Shown here: positions 1 through 7,358 of the stretch, one piece after another | How the letters are laid out: each line of letters starts with the position of its first letter | Numbering within the stretch: position 1 is the first letter of the stretch | NCBI GenBank assembly: GCA_964602915.1 | Contig: CAZRTB010000001.1 | Location: 598,417-662,416 of the forward strand | Direction: 5' to 3' | Source of the DNA: an uncultured Gammaproteobacteria bacterium | GTDB taxonomy: Bacteria > Cyanobacteriota > Vampirovibrionia > 2-02-FULL-35-15 | Length of the DNA stretch: 64,000 bases | Translations under genes and position numbers: made by a program | The notes under the pieces: generated by a model | Seen by the model: the letters and a program-made list of their open reading frames with translations, nothing else | Databases searched by the model: none | Told to the model about the DNA's origin: nothing

Positions 1-391
1 GATTTATACCTATTAATTTTTCTTCTGACTTTTTTATAGTTTCTGGATAATCTTCAGAAGAAACTCCATTTATTTGAAACTTTGATCTGTTACTTAAAAT
101 TTTTGCTAATAGGTTTTTATCTATTGAAATATTTACATCTTCTCCTGGAACTTTATTTACAATCTCATCAAATTTCTTTGCTGGTAATGTTATTTTCCCT
201 GGCTTTGATATATTTGCTTTCACCTTACACTCTATAGATAAATCTAAATCTGTTGCGGTAACTACTAAAGATCCATCTTCACATACTAATAAAATATTAT
301 TTAAAATGGGTTGAATTGCTTTACTTGATGTTGCTCTACTTGTACAGGAAACAACCTTTTTTAAATTGTCTGCATTAACTTCTATTTCCAT
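1..391 (-). CDS. dnaN: DNA polymerase III beta sliding clamp, N-terminal part (gene continues beyond window start)
   Basis: The reverse-strand translation from the ATG at 391 reads MEIEVNADNLKKVVSCTSRATSSKAIQPILNNILLVCEDGSLVVTATDLD. The PILxNxLL...G.L.LTATDLE motif is the characteristic DnaN N-terminus. The gene is not in the ORF track because it is truncated at the window edge. Confidence 0.8.
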   Translation of the reverse strand, partial: MEIEVNADNLKKVVSCTSRATSSKAIQPILNNILLVCEDGSLVVTATDLDLSIECKVKANISKPGKITLPAKKFDEIVNKVPGEDVNISIDKNLLAKILSNRSKFQINGVSSEDYPETIKKSEEKLIGIN

Positions 392-708
392 AAATTTCTC
401 CAATATGTCATTTAAATCTATTATATTTTATCCCCTTTTTTATTCATTTTAATGTCTTTGTTCTATAAGGGAATTTAAATAATTAATATTAGTAGGAAAC
501 TACATTTTTTGTAAGTAACTTATTTACTAGAATGAAAACAACAAGGATTACATGTTAATAAGATGAAAAAAAAGAGAGAAACAATACTACATGTATTTCA
601 AGTTCTTTAGATTATTTACATCTTTCTTCTTTTGATACACCCAGGTTCTTAACATGTTTTTATAAAGTAAATCACAAAAGATAAAAGAGTCTGTCATAAT
701 TACCTTGC

Positions 709-2112
709 ATGAAGAAGGTCATAGTTATTGGTTCTGGTCCAGGAGGCTATTATACTGCTATTAAGTTAGCTAAGGAAGGTTTTTCTGTAACCGTTATTGA
801 GAAAAAGAACATTGGTGGTACATGCCTTAATGTTGGCTGTATTCCTACAAAAACACTTTTAGATAACCTTGGTTTATTAGACCATTTTAAGGAAAACGCT
901 TTAAAGAAAAAAATGTTTTCTGTTAACGGTGAAGATATAAAAGTTAATATCGACTCCTTAAGGAAACATCAAAGTGATGTTATTTCACAACTACAACAAG
1001 GTTTAAACAAGCTTTTTTCAAAACACAAAATAAATTTTATAGTAGGAACTGCAAAATTAACATCAAAAAACTCTATTCAGGTAGAAGACAAAGAAGGAAA
1101 AAAACAAGAGATTCAAGCTGACCATATAGTAATTGCTACAGGGTCATCACCGAAATCTATACCGACCTTTGAAATTGATGGATTAAAGATTATAAACAGT
1201 GATCATGTTTGGAATATTCCAGAAGTACCAAATAAAATGTTAGTAGTTGGCTCTGGTCCTATTGGTATTGAATTTGCAAGGGTTTTTAATTCTCTCGGAA
1301 CGAAAGTGACAGTATGTGAAATAGAAGAAAATATCTGCCCTATTTTAGATAAAGAAATCTCAGAGAATTTATCAAGATCGTTAAAAAGAAGAGGAATAAC
1401 TCTAAAGCAAAACTACGCATCTAAACAAGTTGAAAAAAATACAAATGGAGTTTTAGTAAAATTTATAAGTACTAAAGAAGAAAAAGTAGAAGAAGAAACT
1501 TTCGATCAGGTTCTTATAGCTACAGGTAGGATCCCAAATCTAAAAGGACTTGGTTTAGAAGAAGTGAATATTGAGTTGGAAAAAAATGCATTTATTAAAG
1601 TGAATGAAAAGCTCATGACAAATGTTGAAAATATCTGGGCAATAGGAGATGTTACTAAATATCCACAGCTTGCTCATACAGCAAGTTACCAAGCAAAGGT
1701 AGTTTCGGAAAACATTGTAGGAAAAAACAAAAAGTTTAATGGGGACTTAATACCAGGTTGTATCTTTGGATACCCAGAAGTAGCCTTTGTTGGGAAAAAT
1801 GAAGAGCAACTAAAAGAGGAAAAAATAGAATATAAAGTAGGCAAGTTCTTATTTTTAGCCAGTGGAAAAGCAAAAGCAAGTGGTCTGACAGAAGGACTCG
1901 TAAAAGTTTTAATGGATACAGGTACAAAAAAAATCCTAGGTGCTCATATTATGGGTCCTGAAGCATCGGTAATTATTCATGAAGTTGTCGTTGCTATGCA
2001 AAATGATTTAACAGTAGAGCAAATTTTAGATGCTGTTCATGCACACCCTACATACTCGGAAGTTTTAATGGAAGCTTTAGAAGATTGTCTAGGTGAATGC
2101 GTTTATTTATAA
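709..2112 (+). CDS. lpd: dihydrolipoyl dehydrogenase (E3 component)
   Basis: N-terminal GSGPGGY FAD fold, redox-active disulfide motif GGTCLNVGCIPTK, a second NAD GxGxxG (VVGSGPIG), and the C-terminal HAHPTYSE His-Glu interface motif. Confidence 0.9.
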   Translation: MKKVIVIGSGPGGYYTAIKLAKEGFSVTVIEKKNIGGTCLNVGCIPTKTLLDNLGLLDHFKENALKKKMFSVNGEDIKVNIDSLRKHQSDVISQLQQGLNKLFSKHKINFIVGTAKLTSKNSIQVEDKEGKKQEIQADHIVIATGSSPKSIPTFEIDGLKIINSDHVWNIPEVPNKMLVVGSGPIGIEFARVFNSLGTKVTVCEIEENICPILDKEISENLSRSLKRRGITLKQNYASKQVEKNTNGVLVKFISTKEEKVEEETFDQVLIATGRIPNLKGLGLEEVNIELEKNAFIKVNEKLMTNVENIWAIGDVTKYPQLAHTASYQAKVVSENIVGKNKKFNGDLIPGCIFGYPEVAFVGKNEEQLKEEKIEYKVGKFLFLASGKAKASGLTEGLVKVLMDTGTKKILGAHIMGPEASVIIHEVVVAMQNDLTVEQILDAVHAHPTYSEVLMEALEDCLGECVYL

Positions 2113-2125
2113 GCAAATTAATTAA

Positions 2126-3190
2126 ATGATTGAAACAAAAAAGATAAAGAAAATTTTAATTCTAAGATATAGATTTATCGGAGATACAGTTTTAACTACC
2201 CCATTTATTAAGAATTTAAAAGATGTTTTTCCATTGGCAGTAGTTGATATTTTAGTTTCTCCAAACAGCGGGGAAGTAATGGAAGGAAATCCAAATTTAA
2301 ACAAGATCTTTTATTTAGACACAACAAAATTTCACAAATATGAGAGCACTAAACAAAAATCAAAACATACTTTTACTAGTATTTTTTCCTGTGCACAAAG
2401 CTTAAGAAAGGAGAATTATGACTTAATTTTTGTTTTAAAAAGGTCCTTTTCCAGCGCATTCCTATCTTTTCTTATAGGAGCAAAACAAAGAGTAGGTTTC
2501 GATACTGATTTTAGAGGTTTTCTTTTAACAAATAAAATAAAATATGAAAAAGATGAGCATGAAAGTGAAAACTACTTAAAATGTCTCAAGCTCTTTTCTA
2601 ATGACTTAAAAAAATACTCACCTGAGATTTTTACAAATGAAGAAGAAAAGAAAAAAGCAGAAACTCTTATAGAAGGCCTGGATCCGTATAAACCCAAAAT
2701 TCTTATTCATGCAACAAGTGCTCATCCCTTGAAAACATGGACGAGAAGATATTTTGCTGAGCTTATTGACAACCTGTTTGAAAGATATAAAGCCCAGTTT
2801 GTTTTTACAGGAGCAGATATAGACTTTAATACTTACGAGGAAATTCTTAGCAAGTCAAGATATAAAAGCAAAATAAACTATAAAAATCTTTGTGGAAAAA
2901 CAAGTATAAGAGAATGTTTCGCTGTATATGAAAAATTACATTTGGCTATTTGTGTTGATTCGGGCAATGCACATCTATCGTCTGCCGTTAATATCCCTAC
3001 TTATGTTATATATGGTCCAACTAGGCCGGAAAAATGGCTACCTTTAGGAAAGAATGTTTTCCCAATCAAGTTAATGCAAAATTTGCCCTGTCAACCTTGT
3101 GATGTAAAAGTAAAATGTCTTCATAAAAGTTGTATGAAGCTTATAACACCAGAAATGGTTTTAAATAAAGTAAGCTCTTCCTTCGCTTGA
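2126..3190 (+). CDS. ADP-heptose:LPS heptosyltransferase family (GT9)
   Basis: N-terminal KKILILRYRFIGDTVLTTPFIKNLK is the hallmark GT9 heptosyltransferase (RfaF/RfaC-type) start. The approximately 350 aa length fits the family. Confidence 0.75.
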   Translation: MIETKKIKKILILRYRFIGDTVLTTPFIKNLKDVFPLAVVDILVSPNSGEVMEGNPNLNKIFYLDTTKFHKYESTKQKSKHTFTSIFSCAQSLRKENYDLIFVLKRSFSSAFLSFLIGAKQRVGFDTDFRGFLLTNKIKYEKDEHESENYLKCLKLFSNDLKKYSPEIFTNEEEKKKAETLIEGLDPYKPKILIHATSAHPLKTWTRRYFAELIDNLFERYKAQFVFTGADIDFNTYEEILSKSRYKSKINYKNLCGKTSIRECFAVYEKLHLAICVDSGNAHLSSAVNIPTYVIYGPTRPEKWLPLGKNVFPIKLMQNLPCQPCDVKVKCLHKSCMKLITPEMVLNKVSSSFA

Positions 3191-3236
3191 TATTATCTTT
3201 ATGAAACGTAAATGTTTTTAATGCGTCCTATTTTTT

Positions 3237-3827
3237 ATGTCACCAATTAAAAAAAAACAATTAACAAATGAAGATAAGCAAAAAATAGAAGAAAAACTAA
3301 TGGAAGTTTTTCAAGACATTTTTTTTAATGCTGAAAATGTAATGTCTGCAAAATATGAATCAGATAAAATTTCTGAAAAGATAAGAGACTTTATTTTAGA
3401 ATTTGCAGAAAATCCAGAAAACAGTGAAGTAGATCTTTTAATTCAGGCAAAAGATAAAGGACTTGAATTGGTTGAAAACCATGAGCTAATTTTCTTTCAA
3501 GAGAAAATAGATAAAAGTCTTAAAATGAGAGCATTCTTAATACCAGGAATGAAAATAGATTTTACAGAAGACAATGCCTCTGAAAAGGTAACAGAAGATG
3601 ATTTGCAAAGTGTTGATCATGAACTTTGCATAAGCTTTAAAGAAGGAAACCTAAATGAGTTTGTAAAATTAGGAAATCTCCTGGATATCAGAGCTACAAT
3701 AGCGAAATCTTTAGCCTCTAAAAAAGTAAGTAAAGAAAACTCAAAAGAGTTGATAAAAAACATGGGGGTTTTTAAAGACTCCTTACATACTGTAATAGAA
3801 GTAGCTAAAAATGTTTTAGAATCTTAA
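3237..3827 (+). CDS. hypothetical acidic protein
   Basis: Uninterrupted 196-codon ORF with no recognisable motif. Its stop overlaps the stop of the convergent gene by 4 nt. Confidence 0.4.
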   Translation: MSPIKKKQLTNEDKQKIEEKLMEVFQDIFFNAENVMSAKYESDKISEKIRDFILEFAENPENSEVDLLIQAKDKGLELVENHELIFFQEKIDKSLKMRAFLIPGMKIDFTEDNASEKVTEDDLQSVDHELCISFKEGNLNEFVKLGNLLDIRATIAKSLASKKVSKENSKELIKNMGVFKDSLHTVIEVAKNVLES

Positions 3828-4294
3828 CTTTTTCCGTTTTTCATAACTACTAAATCTTCGTTTGAGGTTCTTAGATATTTTTCCATATCATCAACATGCT
3901 CTTGCTCTGCAACAATGATGTTCTCCAGCATTAATTTCATAGATAAATTTTCTTCACCAAATTCTTTTAACTGCTTAGTGTATAACTCAAGCTGATATCT
4001 CTCTGCTTTTAAGTCTTCTTCAATCATATCTTCTATGGTTTGATGACCTGGTTCAAAAACCTGATCTACTCTTACAGTAGGATGTCCACTAAGAGCAGTT
4101 ATTTTTTCTCCAAGCAGGATAGCATGTGCCATGGCTTCTTGAGCCTGAGCGCGAAACATTTGAACAAGAGGACCTCTATGAGGGCCGAAAACTATAAATG
4201 AATGATGTAGATATCTAACTATTGCTGCCATTTCTTTTTCTAAGGCTTCATTTAAAGACTTTATTAAAGTTTGATTCACCATTTTCTTTGTCAT
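3824..4294 (-). CDS. bfr: ferritin-like diiron protein, bacterioferritin family
   Basis: 156 aa with two ExxH ferroxidase-type motifs (QEAMAH, EQEH) plus further Glu ligand positions (EKE, KAERY). AAGGAG lies 7 nt upstream of the ATG. Confidence 0.65.
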   Translation of the reverse strand: MTKKMVNQTLIKSLNEALEKEMAAIVRYLHHSFIVFGPHRGPLVQMFRAQAQEAMAHAILLGEKITALSGHPTVRVDQVFEPGHQTIEDMIEEDLKAERYQLELYTKQLKEFGEENLSMKLMLENIIVAEQEHVDDMEKYLRTSNEDLVVMKNGKS

Positions 4295-4350
4295 AATTTT
4301 TTAAACTCCTTTAAGTTAACATTCTCCCAGAAACCAGACTAAAAACAAAG

Positions 4351-5739
4351 TCATTGATAAACATTTTCATGAAGAGTTTCAATATTTGTTATTTGGTCAT
4401 AAACCTTTAGATAATATTTCGCAATAAGAGCTGAGTTAGATTCGAAACTCATCGTTTCTTTTACAAGTTTTGTCCATTTGTCCTTGTTTTTATAGTATTT
4501 AATAGCTTTTAGAATTGCTTCTAGTAAGCTATTTTTTTTGTATTCATGATAAAGAATACTATTGGAGCTTTCCCCAAGATCTATATCTATAAGTATTTCT
4601 TTTAGTGTTCCACTAAAGTAAGAAACCGGAATGCATCCATATTTCATGGCTGTTAATACTGAAGAAACGCTTGAATTACTTTGAGAAGTATTTAAAAAGA
4701 AGTCAGAACCAGCATAAATTTTTCTTGAAAGATCTTCATTAAAATCGACAATAGCTTTTACATTACTAAATTTATTTGAGACTTTAACAAGTTCTTGTTC
4801 GTAACTTTGATTTCCTTTTGTAAGGATTATTAATTGAAGATTTTGATTTGCTATATGAGGAATTGAATCTATTAAAAGTTCAGCGCCTTTTTCATTATTA
4901 AGTCTCCCAACAAAACTAAAAACAGGTGTAGTAATAGATGCAGACATAGAAAAAATATTTAAGAGGTCTTCTTTGCATCTTTTTTTTCCTGCAGAGAAAT
5001 AGCTTTTTGAATAGTTCAGTGAAATTAATTTGTCTGTCTCTGGATCGTATCTAGACTCATCAATCCCGGGTAATATTCCATGTACAAAATCTTTTTTTTC
5101 TGAGATTATTTGACTAATGTCTAGATGATTTTTATCATTTGCAAAATCAGCTAAAAAAGACCTGGAGGAAGCCGTAATAACCTGAGAATATTTTATAGCT
5201 TCCTTTAAAGATCTATATTTATTTCCTTTGCTTTCGGAATCAGGAATGTTATATAGAGTAAAAACAGAATTTCCTTCTTTTCTTTCATTTAAAGTTCTAG
5301 CATTTAGCGAAGAGCATGAATTAAAAAGATGATATATTTGAGGTTTAAATTTTAATTTTGAAATAACCTCTAAACAAGCCATTGAAAAAAATTTGTTTCT
5401 CTCATTCTCGATATCAAGATCAGCAGTGTCTAAATATATTTCTTTCGAGTTACTGAAATGGTTTTGGCTTTCTATAAAAAAGATACTTACGAGAGAATCA
5501 GGAATAATACCTTTAAAAACCATTGTTTTAAGCGGTTCTCCATTAAAATTAAAAACAGGTTCTAGTGGTAATTTTTCAATATGAAAAACAGAGGGATCAA
5601 TAGACCCGTATCTAGGAATAAATACTTTTAAGTTATGACCTTCTTTTTCAATATTTTTTGCAAGACAGGATACAAAATCGCCAAGCCCACTTGCTTTAGC
5701 AAAAGGAAAGCATTCTGGTGATAAAAAAACAATGTCCAT
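4351..5739 (-). CDS. glgA: glycogen synthase (GT5)
   Basis: N-terminus MDIVFLSPECFPFAKASGLGDFV matches the GlgA KxGGL-type start (MKILFVASEVAPFAKTGGLADVV). The approximately 460 aa length and GT-B C-terminal half also fit. Confidence 0.8.
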   Translation of the reverse strand: MDIVFLSPECFPFAKASGLGDFVSCLAKNIEKEGHNLKVFIPRYGSIDPSVFHIEKLPLEPVFNFNGEPLKTMVFKGIIPDSLVSIFFIESQNHFSNSKEIYLDTADLDIENERNKFFSMACLEVISKLKFKPQIYHLFNSCSSLNARTLNERKEGNSVFTLYNIPDSESKGNKYRSLKEAIKYSQVITASSRSFLADFANDKNHLDISQIISEKKDFVHGILPGIDESRYDPETDKLISLNYSKSYFSAGKKRCKEDLLNIFSMSASITTPVFSFVGRLNNEKGAELLIDSIPHIANQNLQLIILTKGNQSYEQELVKVSNKFSNVKAIVDFNEDLSRKIYAGSDFFLNTSQSNSSVSSVLTAMKYGCIPVSYFSGTLKEILIDIDLGESSNSILYHEYKKNSLLEAILKAIKYYKNKDKWTKLVKETMSFESNSALIAKYYLKVYDQITNIETLHENVYQ

Positions 5740-5805
5740 ACTAAAAAGTCTATATGTGAAATGTTCTAGCGGTCAATGAGAATAAAGATTTAGTCCTAAA
5801 AAAGA

Positions 5806-5834
5806 AAGAGGGAGAGCTTTAACTCCCCCTCTTT
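5806..5834 (-). terminator. intrinsic terminator (stem AGAGGGAGAG/CTCCCCCTCT followed by UUCUUUUUU on the minus strand)
   Basis: 10-bp GC-rich imperfect inverted repeat with a 6-nt loop. The T-run is on the minus-strand side (rc of aaaaaagaa at 5797-5805). Confidence 0.5.
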
Positions 5835-5854
5835 TGACTATGGTTATAGTGCTT

Positions 5855-5950
5855 CTTATTTACTTTGAGTCTTAGCAGGAATTTGTATAGGTTTTCTATA
5901 TCCTCCCTGATAAGCTCTCGTAATAAGACTTGGTCCGAAAACAGGACTCA
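5855..5950 (-). CDS. candidate 31-codon micro-ORF (MSPVFGPSLITRAYQGGYRKPIQIPAKTQSK)
   Basis: AGGAGGA immediately upstream of the ATG (rc of 5948-5960). The ORF ends about 20 nt before the terminator above, so it forms a compact RBS-ORF-terminator unit. It is below the size cutoff of the ORF track. Confidence 0.25.
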
Positions 5951-5997
5951 TGCGTCCTCCTAACGAAAGACACCATCGTCTTCAAACGACACCATTG

Positions 5998-6183
5998 TCT
6001 AAAGTTTTTAAAACTTTAGTACTATTGTATCAAGTTTTTGGCAATTGAAAATTTAAATTGGTAAATAGATAAAAAAGTAACAGATTTTGAATAGGTTAAG
6101 GAAAAACAATATTAAGGTTAAGAAAAAATTTCTTAAAACTCTCATAAAGATAACAGTGTAAAAGGAATATTCTGCAGAATATT
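5998..6183. promoter_or_regulatory. three perfect or near-perfect palindromes in a 630-bp non-coding region
   Basis: CTAAAGTTTTTAAAACTTTAG (5998-6018, 21/21), TTAAGAAA-AAA-TTTCTTAA (6118-6136) and GAATATTCTGCAGAATATT (6165-6183). Confidence 0.3.
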
Positions 6184-6375
6184 AAAGAAAGCTAAATATA
6201 AAAATGATTGGAAAAGTAGTAAGTATAAAAATACCTCAAACAGGATTCTCTCAAGATACAAAAAAAGGAGAAAGCTTTATAAGTCTTGCTCAGGCAATTG
6301 CAAGTGCACAAGAAAATAAAAACTCTTCCCCTGCTTCTAAAAATACAGAAAACAAAGAACTAGGACAAGGCTAAA

Positions 6376-6645
6376 TTAGTCACCACTTTTATTTTTAGGC
6401 TCTTCTAAATTTGAAATTTCTTCAAGAACAATTCTTGATGATTTACATTTCATTATGTCAGAGAAATTATTAAGGCAACTGTTTAAACATTTAGACTGAA
6501 CAGAATTCGAATCAAGCGGAGAAGATATCGTTATTCGTGAAAATGGCTTGGCAGTTGCGGTTTGACCATTGCTAGCAACGATAAATAGACTAAAAAATAA
6601 GATATAAAAAAACATATATAATGTAGAATACCTGCAAAGTAACAA
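6376..6645 (-). CDS. small secreted Cys-containing hypothetical protein
   Basis: N-terminal hydrophobic signal-like segment (MFFYILFFSLFIVASNG). The C-terminal half contains four Cys (KCLNSCLNNFSDIMKC). Confidence 0.4.
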   Translation of the reverse strand: MLLCRYSTLYMFFYILFFSLFIVASNGQTATAKPFSRITISSPLDSNSVQSKCLNSCLNNFSDIMKCKSSRIVLEEISNLEEPKNKSGD

Positions 6646-6770
6646 AAAAACTCATCTTTATCGGGGCTAATAGTTAATAGAAGTCGTTTTTTATAATGCA
6701 TAGTGATAAGAAGAAGGGAAGTCTTAGTATTTTTGGGGAAGACCCTTACAAATACCTATATAATATTTAT

Positions 6771-7319
6771 ATGAAAAAAAGCAAAGTCATAAATCTTTTA
6801 TTAGTGCTTGCTACAATCCTATTTGCTTTTCTTAGCCCATTGTCTGTTTTTTCTAGAATAAACAATGGTATTGAGAGAATACTGTATGAAAGTGGAGCAG
6901 TTCTTTCAGAAATAAACTATTTAAATGATAAAGAAGATGGACCTGCTAAATATTTTTATGAAAGTGGAGCGATAAAGACAGAAATTGATTTTATAAAAGG
7001 AAAAAAAGAAGGATTAGCTAAATCTTATTTTCTAAATGGAATGGTTTCTTCAGAAGTGAATTACAAAAATGGAAAAGTTGAGGGGGAAGTAAAACTCTTT
7101 TTCCCTGATGGAATGATTAAATCAGTCCAACCATATAATTCGAATACTCTAAATGGAATAGCAAAATTCTATGATGAGAATGGAAAGCTACAATTTGAAA
7201 AAAATTATAAAAAAGATAAGCTAATATCAATAAAAGAATTTTCTGAAGATGGAAAACAACTATACGAAGAAAAATATTCAAAAAACGGAAGCCTAAAAGA
7301 AAAGATATATTCAAACTAA
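6771..7319 (+). CDS. MORN-variant (YwqK-like) repeat protein, secreted
   Basis: Signal peptide MKKSKVINLLLVLATILFAFLS. It is followed by about 6 repeats of the Y..SG.....E.NY.NGK.EG pattern typical of MORN_2/YwqK repeats. The ORF track starts it at 6696; the internal Met at 6771 gives the signal peptide. Confidence 0.55.
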   Translation: MKKSKVINLLLVLATILFAFLSPLSVFSRINNGIERILYESGAVLSEINYLNDKEDGPAKYFYESGAIKTEIDFIKGKKEGLAKSYFLNGMVSSEVNYKNGKVEGEVKLFFPDGMIKSVQPYNSNTLNGIAKFYDENGKLQFEKNYKKDKLISIKEFSEDGKQLYEEKYSKNGSLKEKIYSN

Positions 7320-7358
7320 TTCGAAATAAAAAATTAAGATAAGAATGGATTCTATAGT

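Noticed and set aside
5855-6000. Minus-strand transcript as SRP (4.5S) RNA, tmRNA or RNase P RNA
   Set aside because: None of the conserved cores was found (SRP domain IV GGAA/AGCAG loop, tmRNA 5' GGGGCUGAUUCUGGAUUCGAC, RNase P P4 sequences). It is kept only as a micro-ORF or unknown sRNA candidate.
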